NCBI GenBank assembly: GCA_964016885.1
Contig: OZ024761.1
Coordinates: 30,256,001 to 30,320,000, forward strand
DNA: 64,000 nucleotides
Origin: Eledone cirrhosa
Lineage: Eukaryota
Reading direction: 5' to 3'
In this document: positions 1-14,029 of the stretch, piece by piece
Position numbering within the stretch: position 1 is the stretch's first letter
Layout: every line of letters starts with the position of its first letter
Notes under the pieces: model-generated
The model's input: the letters and a program-made list of their open reading frames with translations, nothing else
Databases searched by the model: none
What the model was told of the DNA's origin: nothing
Program-made: the position numbers and the translations under genes

Positions 1-307
1 ATAACGGTGGATTGGTGGTGCTGGTGTTGGTGGTGGTAATAGCGGTGTGGTGGTGGTGGTGGTGGTGTTGGTGGTGTGTCGAGGTACTGCTGCTACTGCA
101 GGGGTGGATGACGCTGGGTAGTCGCGGGGTGTGGTGGTGGTGGTGGTGGTAGTCGATGAGGTGGTAATGGCGGAGGGCGAGAGGTGGTGATACTGCAGCT
201 GCTACTGTGGTGGTGGTGCTGCAGCTACTGCTACCGGTGGTGCTTTTGGTAGTGATAATGGTTGCGGTGGTGGTGTTGGTGGCTGATATTGTTATTACAG
301 CCACTAG

Positions 308-2035
308 GGCGGTGGATTGGCAGTATCGGTAGAGGGTTGAACGCCATGCTTTCTAGCATAGTTACGTCCCTTTACGGTCTGAGTTCAAATCCCGTCGAGG
401 TTAACATTGCCTTTCATTCTTACGAGGGTCGATAAAACAAAGTACCAGTAATGTACTGGGATAATTGCTGGCCTTGTGCCAAAAGTAGAAACATTTATTA
501 CAGCTAGTGCTGCTGTTGTCGTTGATGCGACAGAGGGTCGGACGCCATGCTTTGACGTATAGAGTTACGGCCCTTGCCATTCTGAGTTCAAATCCCGCCG
601 AGGTTAACTTTGCCTTTCATCCTTACGAGGGTCGATAAAACAAAGTACCAGTAATGTACTGGGATAATTGCTGGCCTTGTGCCAAAAGTAGAAACATTTA
701 TTACAGCTAGTGCTGCTGTTGTCGTTGATGCGACAGAGGGTCGGACGCCATGCTTTGACGTATAGAGTTACGGCCCTTGCCATTCTGAGTTCAAATCCCG
801 CCGAGGTTAACTTTGCCTTTCATCCTTACGGGGTCGATAAAATAAAGTACCAGTAATGCACTGGGTAATTTGCTGGCCTTGTGCCTAACGTAGAAACAAT
901 TATTTACTTAACAAAGAAACCCTTTAAACATACCACATTGTGATTTGTGTCTTAAACTCACAAAACTACAACTTAATATTCATAATCTTCTCCTTACCCA
1001 CCAAACCAATCCTTCCCATTAAAACACTAATTCCATTATTAACGGTGCACAGGGTGGTGGACTGGCAGTATCGGTAGAGCGTCGCACGCCATGCTTCGTA
1101 GCATAGAGTTACGACCCTTTCCGTTCTGAGTTCAAATCTCGCCGAGGTTAACTTTGCCTTTCATCCTTACGGGGGTCGATAAAATAAAGCACCAGTAATG
1201 CACTGGGGTCGATTTAATCGACTTCCCCCTCCCCTCCAAGTTGCTGGCCTTGTGCCTAAATCAGAAACCGTTATTAACGGTGCATTGCTTTAGGGCATAG
1301 GGTTATGGCCCTTTACGTTCTGAGTCATGTACTGGAGTCGATATAATTGATTTTTACCCCCCCCCCCCCCCCCAAAAAAAAAGATTGCTGGCCTTGTGCC
1401 TATACAAGAAGCCGTTATTATTGTAGTATGCTGAAGGCGGTGGATTGGCAGTAATAGATAGAGCGTCGGACAACATGCTCTGTGGCATAGAGTTACGGCC
1501 CTTTGCGTTCTGAATTCGAAACCCACCGAGGTTAGCTTGGCCTTTCGTCCTTTCGGGGTCGATGAAATGAAGTACCAGTAATGCACTGGGGTCGATTCAT
1601 TCGACTTTCCCCTCAAATTGCTGGCCTTGTGCCTAACGTAGAAACCATTATTAGGTGAATTGGCGGTATCGGTAGAGCGTCGGACACCATGCATCGTAGC
1701 ATAGAGTTACGTCCCTTTACGGTCTGAGTTCAAATCCCGTCGAGGTTAACTTTGCCTTTCATCCTTACGGGGTCGATAAAATAAAGTACCAGTAATGCAC
1801 TGGGGTAATTGCTGGCCTTGTGCCTAACGTAGAAACCATTATTAGGTGAATTGGCGGTATCGGTAGAGCGTCGGACACCATGCATCGTAGCATAGAGTTA
1901 CGTCCCTTTACGGTCTGAGTTCAAATCCCGTCGAGGTTAACTTTGCCTTTCATCCTTACGGGGTCGATAAAATAAAGTACCAGTAATGCACTGGGGTAAT
2001 TGCTGGCCTTGTGCCAATAGTAGAAACAATTATTA
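308..2035 (+). mobile_element. Array of about 8 co-oriented tRNA-derived SINE copies
   Basis: Repeated unit with A-box-like TGGCAGTATCGG, B-box GAGTTCAAATCCC, core GCCTTTCATCCTTACGGGGTCGATAAAATAAAGTACCAG and tail GGCCTTGTGCC...AGAAAC. Confidence 0.9.
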
Positions 2036-2314
2036 ACTGTACGTTTGTATTAGGTCAAGTATGACATTTGTAGTAATTTTTTTTTTAATAGAAATTTCTA
2101 AAAATGTCCTACTTGACGACGCAATAGTTGTAGTTAACTGGTAATTCTCTCGTGTTAGTGCTATTAAGAACTGGTGAATTAGTCATGTTTTGTATAGAAA
2201 GAGAATACAAATTAAATTTTTCTAGTATCAGTCTAGCTTGGCTTCCCTAAAAAATTTCCGATGATTCATGAAGTGTGTGACGTATATATATATGTATATA
2301 TATGTATATGTATG

Positions 2315-2346
<32 letters not shown>

Positions 2347-2530
2347 TGTATGTATGTATATACGTGTATATATATATATACGTGTATATATATATATATA
2401 TGTGTATGTATATATATATATATGTATGTATGTATATATGTGTATGTATATATATATGTATGTATGTATGTATATACGTGTATATATATATATATATATG
2501 CATACATATATATATATATGCATACATATA

Positions 2531-2578
<48 letters not shown>

Positions 2579-2618
2579 CGTGTATATTTATATATATATA
2601 TATATATATATGCATACG

Positions 2619-2649
<31 letters not shown>

Positions 2650-2657
2650 GTATATAC

Positions 2658-2699
<42 letters not shown>

Positions 2700-2716
2700 G
2701 TATATATATACGTGTA

Positions 2717-2747
<31 letters not shown>

Positions 2748-2798
2748 GCATACATATATATATATATATATATATATACACGTATATATATACGTGTA

Positions 2799-2866
<68 letters not shown>

Positions 2867-2874
2867 TACGTATA

Positions 2875-2918
<44 letters not shown>

Positions 2919-3207
2919 CGTGTGTATATATATATATATATATATATACACGCACACATATATATATATACGGTTCTTAGAAATAATTAATTGACCTAGG
3001 TGTACAGTATATCACCCTCACCCCTTTCCCCTTTCATTCTTCCTATGTCATATAATCCTTCTTCTTTCCCTCATTTTCCTCTCATCTGTGGCATTTATAG
3101 TGCTTTCCAACAACAATGCCTTCTTTTTGTGTATGTATAACTAAAATATTATCGAAATAATTTAAGTTAAAATAATCAGTAAATTATCAAAATTAATTGA
3201 TTTATAA

Positions 3208-3277
<70 letters not shown>

Positions 3278-3428
3278 ATTTGATCTTATAGAGTTGTTAT
3301 TTAATAAAACGTGTGAGGACTCCTGCTCCTAGCCATATGTGAAACCAAAGAATAAAAAACATTTAAAAACAAAATGGCGGTCAACAAAGGAACCAAAGGG
3401 AGGTCATTCTAAACGTCTAACTATTTTA

Positions 3429-3725
3429 AGTACCTGAGAGTGATCTCCCTTGGATATATTGACTTTTGAACTTTATGGCCTGTGCTATTTTAATGTTATA
3501 TAATGGTTGCCTTTTAAGGTTGGTCACTGTGTATTGAACATATGACTAAACTGGCCACTTGAGGCTTGATGTCTCCTTTCCAGCTCCAAGAGGGTAGGGA
3601 CACATCAAACTTGAAGGGGTCAGTTTAGTCACGTGTTCAATAAAGACTGACCAATCATTATAAATCACTACAACAAACGTCTTTTAAAATACAACTGAAT
3701 CTAAGGGAGGTCACTCTCAGATACT
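3429..3725. mobile_element. Degenerate foldback / MITE-like element
   Basis: Ends AGTACCTGAGAGTGATCTCCCTT and AAGGGAGGTCACTCTCAGATACT are inverted; inner inverted pair at about 3520-3570 and 3603-3654. Confidence 0.6.
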
Positions 3726-4167
3726 AATAAAAAAAATGTTTAATGTGTATATACGTGTAGCTGTATATATATATGTATGTGTGTGTGTATATATATATAT
3801 ATATATTATTTGTGTGTGTGTATATATATACATGTATATATACATGTGTATATATATATATTTTATATATATATACATGTATATATACATGTGTATATAT
3901 ATATATTTTATATATATATATATGTATATTTATATTGTAAGGTTGCATGTATATATATATATAAATGTATATATATATAAATGTATATATATATATATAT
4001 ATTATACATTTATATATATATATATACATTTATATATATATATATATACATTTATATATATATATATATATATACATTTATATATATATATATATACATT
4101 TATATATATATATATATACATTTATATATATATATATATATTCATTTATATATATATATATATATTC

Positions 4168-4212
<45 letters not shown>

Positions 4213-4415
4213 TTTATATATATATACACACATATATATGTGTGTGTATGTGTACACATACACACACACACATATATATGTGTATGTACACTACACATAT
4301 ATGTATTCGTGACTCTGTTTGTGTGTGTGTGTGTGTACTTGAATGTGTGCGCATTACTGTATGTGTTTGTGAACATATATGTGTGTGTGTGTATATATAT
4401 ATATATATTATATAT

Positions 4416-5665
4416 ACTCTTTTACTCTTTTACCTGTTTCAGCCATCCGGCTGAGGCCATGCTGGGGCACCGCCCTTGTTGCTACACATTTTATCTCCAC
4501 TCTGTATAGGTTGGCCACTGGTGTAAGAGGGAGTTTGTTGCTGCTGCCCTTAGGTTTCCCTCGTGTCTTGCTGTGGGCTCATCCGGGATCCTGGATAACA
4601 AGGTGTCGAGATGTTTCTTAAAGACATCAACCTCCACGTCATGCAAGTCTCTCAGATGCCTCGGCAGCCTGTTGAAGAGTTGAGGGCCCTTGAATCCCAG
4701 GATATTGCAATACCTGCTCCTTATTCTAGATGTGGAAAACGGGACCTTTGGCACCACACAGTGATGTCCTGTTCGACGGTTGGTCCAGCTCCCAATGCCA
4801 AAGTTTGGTGCTAGTCCCTCCAGGATTTTCCACATGTAGATCACTGCGTATCTCTCACGTCTTCGCTCCAAGGAGTAGAGGTTCAGTTCCTTCAGCCTCT
4901 CCCAGTAGCTTGTCTCCCTCATCTTGGCAATCCTCTTAGTGTAGCTTCACTGGATTGCCTCAAGCTCCGTGGTTAATTTGACACTATGGGGTGACCACAA
5001 CTGGGAGCAGTAGTCCAGGCGGCTTAGGACAAAAGTCCTCCACAGTGTCAACATGGTGTCTCGATCTCTTGTCCGGAAAGTCCTCAAGATCCAGCCAGCG
5101 AGTCGTCTGCACGTTGTCGCCACTTTTATGATGTGTGAAGAAAAAGATGCATCATCGCTCATGTCTATGCCCAGGTCTCGTATCGATTTTGACACGGGGA
5201 TATCGGTCCCTCCTGGTCCTGTGTAGCTGTGTTCCACTATATTTGTGTTTGCAGGTTTATATTGAAGGGCTTGGAATTTGCCAGCATTAAACTGCATGTT
5301 GTTTTCTTCCGCCCATCTGTATATGGCATCCAGATCTTGCTGTAAAAGGGCAGCGTCAGCCGGGTTTTTGATTGCCTGTGCTACCTTAGTGTCATCAGCA
5401 TAGCTAGTGAGGGATGTTGTTGCATGCACCACAGAGGGCATGTCCGAGAGTGCCACCAAAAACAGTAGTGGTCCCAGGACTGTCCCCTGGGGCACCCCAC
5501 TTGTTATCGGTGTTTCCCTCGAGAGGGCCCCATTTGCTGCGACTGCCTGGCTTCTGTCCCTTAGGAAGCCATGCAGCCACTCACCTACTTTTCCAGTTAT
5601 GCCGAGTCCGTGTAGTTTGTGACATATCATTCCGTGGTCGACCTTGTCAAAGGCCTTCGCAAAGT

Positions 5666-5670
<5 letters not shown>
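4416..5670 (-). mobile_element. 5'-truncated CR1/L2-group LINE (RT domain plus 3' tail)
   Basis: DFAKAFDKVDH, GVPQGTVLGPLLF, YADDTK, SRLDYCS motifs; one in-frame stop at 4947-4949; 3' tail GCCCCAGCATGGCC...(GTAAAAGA)n. Confidence 0.92.
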
Positions 5671-5699
<29 letters not shown>

Positions 5700-5702
<3 letters not shown>

Positions 5703-6027
5703 GGAGGTGAGTTTTATTGTAGTACAATAAAGCAATGCAAATATCGGATAAGTAGCACTCTACAGTTTGTAGGACTGGAGTATAAATAATTGTTTCTACT
5801 TTAGGCACAAGGCCAGCAATTACCCAGTGCATTACTGGTACTTTATTTTATCGACCCCGTAAGGATGAAAGGCAAAGTCAACCTCGGCGGGATTTGAACT
5901 CAGATCGTAAAGGGACGTAACTATGCTGGAGTATAAATAATATAAGATCAAAAGATGGTTAAAAGAGTTCCATGTATTTGAAATGCGCATAATAAAATAC
6001 TTGGAACTCTTTTGACCATCTTTTGAT

Positions 6028-6032
<5 letters not shown>
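5700..6032. mobile_element. Foldback island (same family as 30840-31090) interrupted by a SINE
   Basis: Matches 30841-30962; inverted arms around GAAATGCGCATA; flanked by (TA)n. Confidence 0.75.
5791..5925 (-). mobile_element. 5'-truncated tRNA-SINE with target-site duplication
   Basis: SINE core; CTGGAGTATAAATAAT at 5775-5790 and 5926-5941. Confidence 0.85.
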
Positions 6033-6065
<33 letters not shown>

Positions 6066-6607
6066 CATCTGAAACTATAATAATCCACCAAAGACAGCCG
6101 ACTTAATATACCAGGAACATTCCATTATCTTTGTGGGGTGACTTTATGTTTTAAAATCTCTCACTTTCTCTCTCCCTCTGTAGCTGAAGATACTTACTCA
6201 AGGTGCAACGTAATAGGACTGAACAGAAAACCCTGTATTTACGAAGCGAACGCCTTAACCACACAACTATACACCAGCAACTGTTATGTACGATGTTCAA
6301 CACAACAAGTAAGATTTCTCTCCCTTGGATTCATAATTTGAATATCTTGAAAGCATAAAATGTTTCAAATTTTTTTCTCATGTTTAGATCCACCGAAAGT
6401 CGCTTATTGTGATCAGTCTTGGTCGGATTTTGTTTTTCGATAAAATAACTAACTAATAACAATAACCAGCTGATAACATTAAGCGAATAAAATACTGATC
6501 ATACACAAAGTTAGTTTAGCAATCTACATGTATACACCCCACCCACACATATTATATATGTATATATTCGTTCGCTGACTTCACACTCCATATATTGGTG
6601 TGTGTAC

Positions 6608-6644
<37 letters not shown>

Positions 6645-6678
6645 ATATATAATTTATATGTATGTATATAAATATGTA

Positions 6679-6721
<43 letters not shown>

Positions 6722-7033
6722 CATGTGTGTGTGTGTATGTATTTTTGAATGTGTATATACTATACATATACATATATATATATATACATACACACACACA
6801 CACACATATACATGTATATATATATAAATGTATACACATTTTTATTAGAATGCTGTTGAAGTGCATATACAATTTTGGGGGACACGCTGTATGTATACTC
6901 TTTTACCTGATCCAGCCATGCTGGGGCACCGCCCTTGCCTTTATATCTCCCGAGTGGGATATATATATATATATGTATATATCTATATACAATGATATTC
7001 AATAAATGGAAACTATATTTATAAAACCATATT

Positions 7034-7097
7034 TATTTTATTATATATATTTCAAGGGTACCAAGACACCATTGGTACTCTTTCATCAGATAAAATA
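7034..7097 (-). ncRNA. Type I minimal hammerhead ribozyme (inverted copy)
   Basis: TATTTTAT-CTGATGA-stem II-GAAA-TATATA-TA-ATAAAATA on the minus strand. Confidence 0.75.
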
Positions 7098-7212
7098 CAA
7101 AGTTTGTTTTATAAATAGAGACGTACCCATGAAAATCATACCTTATCAGTTGGAAATTCACTGATAAGGTATGATTTTTATGGGTACGTCTCTATTTATA
7201 AAACAAACTTCG

Positions 7213-7276
7213 TATTTTATCTGATGAAAGCGTACCAATGTTGTCTTGGTACCCTTGAAATATATATAATAAAATA
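7213..7276 (+). ncRNA. Type I minimal hammerhead ribozyme
   Basis: Stem I TATTTTAT/ATAAAATA; CTGATGA 7221-7227; stem II AAG.GTACCAA/TTGGTAC.CTT; GAAA 7257-7260; palindromic stem III; AUA triplet, predicted cut after 7268. Confidence 0.78.
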
Positions 7277-7723
7277 AATATGGTTTTATAAATATAGTTT
7301 CCATTTATTTAATATCATTGAATATTTACTGCAGTTAACTGTTGAGTGCTCTAAATCAGTTATAAACATTTATGTTTGTCGGACTTCCAACAAATTAAAT
7401 ATAACTTCTACTTATATATATATATAAATTCAAAATATTAATAAATATAGACATTCAACGTAATCAATATATATATGTATATATATATATATATATGCTT
7501 GATACTTTTGCCTGTTCAATTGCTTTATGTATGACTAATGCACGTACTGTCTCTAATTTTATTTATGTACTAGACGCTCTTGTATTATCTGTCACATGCT
7601 CCACCAAAAGCTTTTAATTGTAATTTTGAATCTTTTCCACCACACACTGTTGTCCACAATATGTATCTCTATGACTCTTCAGCAGAATAGGAGGCTGATT
7701 ATATGTAAAAACATTATTAATAA

Positions 7724-7770
7724 TGCTCCGAAGACTCCAAGCCTAGGCTTGGAAGAAACAATTGTCAGCA
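7724..7770 (+). ncRNA. Hammerhead ribozyme candidate, CCGAAGA core variant
   Basis: TGCT-CCGAAGA-c-TCCAAGC/GCTTGGA stem II-a-GAAAC-AATT-GTC-AGCA. Confidence 0.62.
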
Positions 7771-7974
7771 ATTAAATGTTCTAACATAGCTTTGATTCTT
7801 GTGTATTCTATATATATATATATAGTCAGATCAATATCCCTACAGAGAGACAGACAGACAGACATACAGACATATAAACACAATAAATTAAAAAGTCTTC
7901 TAGAATGATCTGTTTTATGTTTTATGTGTTTGTGCCACGTGTTTGTGCCACGTTCCTTTCTGACAGTGATGGAA

Positions 7975-10140
7975 TGTTCCCACCATATTCTACATTATAC
8001 ATACCACTACCAATACTATAACCACCACATATACTATACATACCACTACCAACACCACATATACTATACGTACCACTACCAACACCACCAATTCCACTAC
8101 CACCACACATACCACTACCAAAACCACCACACATACCACTAACAACACTATCACCATCACATATACCATATATACCACTACACATACCACTACCAACACT
8201 ATCACCACCACACATACCAACACCACCACTTCAACTACTACCACATATACTACTACCAACACCACCACTTCCAATACCACCACACATATCACTACCAACA
8301 CTATCAGCATCACATATACCAACACCATCACTTCCACTACTACCACACATACTACTACCAATACTATCACCATCACTTATACCATATATATCACCACACA
8401 TACCACTACCAACACCACCACACGTACCACTATCACAACCACATATACCAACACCACACATACTACTACCAACACCATCACTTCCACTACCACCACACAT
8501 ACTATCAACACTATCACCACCACACATGCCACCACCACCACCACCACACATACTAACACTACCACCCATACTACTACTAACACTACCACCACACATACCA
8601 CTATAAACACTACCACACATACCACTATAAACACTACCACACATACCACTATAAACACTACCACACATACTACTACTACCACCACCACCACCACACATAC
8701 CACTTTAAACACTACCACACATACAACTATAAACACTACCACACATACTACTACTAACACTACCACACAAACAACTATTAACACTACCACCACACCACAC
8801 ATACCACTACTAACACTACTACCACCACACATACAACTACGAACACTACCACCACACCACATATACCACTACTAACACTACCACCACACCACACATACCA
8901 CTACTAACACTACCACCACACCACACATACCACTACTAACACTACCACCACACATACCACTACTAACACTACCACCACACATACCACTACTAGCACTACC
9001 ACCACACCACACATACCACTATTAACACTACCACACATACCACTACTAACACTACCACCACACCACACATACCACTATTAACACTACCACACATACCACT
9101 ATAAACACTACCACCACACATACTACTATTAACACTACCACCACACCACACATACCACTACTAACACTACCACCACACATACCACTATTAACACTGCCAC
9201 CACATACTACTACTAACACTACCACACATACTACTACTAACACTGACACACATACTACTACCACCACCACCACACATACTACTACCCCCACCACCACACA
9301 TACCACTACAAACACTACCACACATACCACTATAAACACTACCACACATACTACTACTAACACTACCACCACACCACACATACCACTATAAACACTACCA
9401 CCACACATACTACTACTAACACTGCCACCACACCACACATACCACTATTAACACTACCACCACACCACACAAGCCACTACTAACACTACCACCACACCAC
9501 ACATACCACTATAAACACTACCACCACACATACTACTACTAACACTACCACCACACCACACATACCACTATAAACACTACCACACATACTACTACTAACA
9601 CTACCACCACACCACACATACCACTATTAACACTACCACCACACCACACAAGCCACTACTAGCACTACCACCACAACACACATACCACTATTAACACTAC
9701 CACACATACCACTACTAACACTATCACCACACACACCACTACTAACACTACTACCACACCACACATACCACTACACCACACATACCACTACTAGCACTAC
9801 CACCACACATACCACTATTAACACTACCACACATACCACTACTAGCACCACCACCACACCACACATACCACTACTAACACTCCCACCACACCACACATAC
9901 CACTACTAACACTCCCACCACACCACACATACCACTACTAACTCTACCACCACACCACACATACCACTACTAGCACTACCACTACTAGCACTACCACCAC
10001 ACATACCACTATTAACACTACCACACATACTACTACTAACACTACCACCACACCACACATAACTATTAACACTACCACCAACACTACCACCACACCACAC
10101 ATAGCACAATCACCACTACTACCACCACACCAACAACTAC
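7975..10140. repeat. Cryptic (ACC/ACT)n-based tandem repeat
   Basis: Recurrent ACCACACATACCACTACTAACACT units. Confidence 0.9.
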
Positions 10141-10238
10141 CACTTTTACCTTTAGATTAGCTATCATACCTGTAAACCTTACCTGTCCACACCTGTATTT
10201 TTCATCCTTTTTTATGAAATACGCACGTAGCTCTTTCA

Positions 10239-10279
<41 letters not shown>

Positions 10280-10310
10280 CTTCTATATATATTTACACAT
10301 ATATATATAT

Positions 10311-10396
<86 letters not shown>

Positions 10397-10410
10397 AGAT
10401 ATATATAGGC

Positions 10411-10476
<66 letters not shown>

Positions 10477-10660
10477 AGATATATATAGGCGTATATATAT
10501 ATATATAAGTATTGAAATTTCCGTTGGAAACAGAAAAGGTCATAGAAGTGAAGAGTGCTCTATGTAAGTACCAGAGCAAAATTTAATGTATAAAAATCAA
10601 TACAATATAATTACCTCATTACCAGAGGTTTCCCGAATGAGGCGAATACGAAATAAACGT

Positions 10661-10709
<49 letters not shown>

Positions 10710-10858
10710 TTTCACATATACATATATATATATATACATACACTAGTGACTCAAGAACCAGGAGTTTTACGCTTTGGAGATTTTATTCAAATTGCTTGAG
10801 TCACTGGTGTAGCTTTATGAGTAAAATAAGATATATATATATATATGAGTAAAATAAG

Positions 10859-10892
<34 letters not shown>

Positions 10893-11282
10893 ATGTGTGT
10901 GTGTGTCTGTGTGTGTGTGTGTGTGTACACCTAGAAACTAAATTTTATATACATGTATACTTCACTAGTTTTGCATTGAGTTTTATTTCTCCCCTTTGTG
11001 CAACCAAGCCTAATTGTGTGTGTGTGTGTGTGTGTCTGTATGTCTGTGTGTGTATGGTTGTAGTGTTGCTGGGGGTGGTGGTGGTGTGATTATATGGAGG
11101 CGGGAATGACTGTGGTTATGGTGGTGTGTGTTTGAGAGAGAAAGAAAGAGAGAGAGAGGGAGGGAAGTGAGAGAGAGAGAGAGAGAGGCGAGAAGTGTTA
11201 GCCAGGAAATAACCGGATATAATATTTCAAATATGTAACACAGCAGGGCGTCATTAATCACATAGTGTATACACTTCTACAT

Positions 11283-11313
<31 letters not shown>

Positions 11314-11437
11314 TGTAAATATATGTATGTATATGTATATATGTGTATATATATATATATGTGTGTGTGTGTATATACATGTGTATGTATATATATATTT
11401 ATACACATACACATATATATACACGTATGCACATTCA

Positions 11438-11468
<31 letters not shown>

Positions 11469-11812
11469 GTAATGTAAATATGTATATATATATGGGCATA
11501 TATATGTATATATGTGTATGTATATATGTGTGTGTGTGGATATATATGTGTGTGTATATATATATGTGTATGTATGTATATATATGTATTCATATATATA
11601 TGTATATATATACTGTATATGTATTCATATATATATGTATATATATATTTATATATATACATATATATATATATGTGTATGTATATATATATATATATGT
11701 ATGTATGTATATATATGTATTCATATATATATGTATATATATACTGTATATGTATTCATATATATATGTATATATATATATATTTATATATATACATATA
11801 TATATATATATT

Positions 11813-11861
<49 letters not shown>

Positions 11862-12285
11862 CATTGACATCTGCCAAAGACATCTGACGAAGCAGATGTC
11901 TTTGGTAGATCTTTCAGTAAAGGAGGGAAGGGAGGGGGAGGGGGGATATTTCAAACTTGTTGCCTCTTTACAAAATTAAAAGAAACTCTAAAAGGAAAAG
12001 AAGCCTACGAGAAATGGCTTTTCTTTTTAATGGCGGCGGTGTGGGTGGGGGTGGGGTGGTACGTTTCAGGCATGTAAATAAATGATAAAAGTAGTGAAGT
12101 TGTAATGTGGAAGATCGGATAAACGCCTGAGGCGAGAACGTCGGATGGAATGCTTTACTTTAGAACTTCGGAGAGAATGGTTTACGGTAGATCGTTGAAT
12201 AAAATAACACAATTATTTAAAGTAGAAAGTCGGAGATTTGTTCGCTTAAATTTAATACGTAATATATATATATATATGTATATAT

Positions 12286-12697
12286 ATATTTATTAAAATA
12301 ACAGATTAAAGTTTAAGCAAAGAATCGCTGCTTTCACCCTTAACGGGATCTTCTGAAACTAACAAAGTCAATCTGTAAACGCAGAACTGGCACCGCTCCT
12401 ATTAATGACGTATTATTCGTTTTTTCCCGTTCTTTGCCAGGGAACGTTACCACGAACCAAAGTATCGTCTTCCTGTCTTCCTCCGGTTGCAACGTTTTTT
12501 GAAATATCCAGTTCTGCGTTTACAGATTGACTTTGTTAGTTTCAGAAGATCCCGTTAAGGGTGAAAGCAGCGATTCTTTGCTTAAACTTTAATCTGTTAT
12601 TTTAATAAATATTTGCTCTTCGGTTCTTATATATTTGATATATATTTTCCTTATCGAGCCCTCTCTGGATTTTAGTCTTCAATTTTATTATTATTAC

Positions 12698-12700
<3 letters not shown>
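12286..12700 (+). mobile_element. Foldback element (105-bp arms, 117-nt spacer, tail)
   Basis: 12286-12390 and 12508-12612 are inverted; arm fragments recur at about 25020-25075 and 31995-32050, tail at about 56862-56940 and 57518-57560. Confidence 0.75.
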
Positions 12701-12734
<34 letters not shown>

Positions 12735-12868
12735 GTGAGGTTTTTTTTTTACAAAATGAAAAATAACCAAGGTGTCCTACACGAGTGAAAGTATAAAGAA
12801 AAAAAGATGAAATCGAAAATGCAACTGGAGTCTTATTTAAAAAAAATATATATATATTTATTTGGTTC

Positions 12869-12904
12869 CTTTACCGGTTTCGCAGTTTTTCTGCTTTTCA
12901 AAAG
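12869..12904 (-). ncRNA. Hammerhead ribozyme candidate, U3-A8 core variant
   Basis: CTT-TTGAAAA-GCAG aaaaa CTGC-GAAA-CCGG-TA-AAG; stem I only 3 bp; homologs at 32110-32146 and 32615-32650. Confidence 0.55.
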
Positions 12905-12939
12905 TAGAGTTGAGATGGAGGGTCTGTGGTTTTTCTCAC

Positions 12940-12970
<31 letters not shown>

Positions 12971-12973
<3 letters not shown>

Positions 12974-13150
12974 AATGGCTTCTACAGGACTAGAACTGTT
13001 TCATTCGGGAGAAATCATCAGGAAATCCCTGATGATTTCTCCCGAATGAAAGAGTTGTAGTCCTGTAGAAGCCATTTCTATATTAAATATCTATACTCTG
13101 CTATGTATTGGGTACCTTACTTACTGTGGTTACCCCGATTAACCTGGGAC
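12971..13150 (+). mobile_element. Foldback element with HHR core boxes (family shared with 45645 and 21735)
   Basis: Arms 12971-13022 and 13028-13079 fold back just 5' of CTGATGA; tail matches 45777-45840. Confidence 0.72.
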
Positions 13151-13229
13151 AAACAAACAAACAAACAAACAAACAAACAAACAAACAAACACAAACAAAC
13201 ACAAACAAACAAACAAACAAACAAACAAA

Positions 13230-13384
<155 letters not shown>

Positions 13385-13585
13385 GTATGAAAAGTATAGA
13401 AATATATATTTATATATATATATAGTATTTACGTATCGAGAAAGAGAAAAAAAGGGGGGATAGGTGATACATATAATTATTTGCCAAGTAGCGTATGCCA
13501 AAGGTGATCGATACTAGTGTCGGCAGTATTAAATATTCGAAGTGTTAATATTTAGTGGGCTAGAGAGTTAGCAGAGCGTAAGCAC

Positions 13586-13739
13586 GTGGGAAAGTAAAAA
13601 ATCGGAGAATAGACCGTTAAAACATGTTTATTTAAAACAGCACCTACGTACGTTTCACCCAACTGGGCGAAACGTACGTAGGTGCTGTTTTAAATAAACA
13701 TGTTTTAACGGTCTATTCTCCGATTTTTTACTTTCCCAC
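13586..13739. mobile_element. Foldback element containing an HHR 3' half
   Basis: Near-perfect palindrome centred on TTTCACCCAACTGGGCGAAA; GAAAC-GTAC-GTA in both arms. Confidence 0.72.
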
Positions 13740-13755
13740 ATTTTTACTTTCCCAC

Positions 13756-13807
<52 letters not shown>

Positions 13808-13856
13808 AATGAAACACAGAGAAATGTGTGCACCTACATAAACCATATAAAGATAA

Positions 13857-14003
13857 TTGTTTCTTCTTTTGGCACAAGGCCAGCAATTACCCCCACTGCA
13901 TTATTGGCGCTTTATTTTATCGACCACTTAAGGATGAAAGGCAAAGTTAACTCTATGCTGCCAAGCATGGTGTCTGACGCTCTACTGATCTGCCAATACA
14001 CCG
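13857..14003 (-). mobile_element. tRNA-SINE, internally deleted
   Basis: Reverse complement of the SINE tail, core and head. Confidence 0.75.
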
Positions 14004-14029
14004 CTTGGGGGAGGTAAAATAAAAGCTGC

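Larger units (their letters stand above)
6990..7412 (+). mobile_element. Penelope-like foldback element (161-bp arms, 9-nt loop, about 90-nt tail)
   Basis: 6990-7150 is the near-perfect reverse complement of 7160-7320; unpaired tail to 7412; TA-rich flanks; HHR in each arm. Confidence 0.8.

Noticed and set aside
308-420. tRNA genes suggested by A/B boxes
   Set aside because: These are SINE heads without a cloverleaf
11869-11910. Hairpin with CTGACGA at its apex
   Set aside because: No GAAA or stem III; possibly a tiny foldback remnant but not callable
12542-12580. CAGAAGA-tCCC gttaa GGGt-GAAA as an HHR
   Set aside because: No stem III/NUH or stem I found; at most a relic
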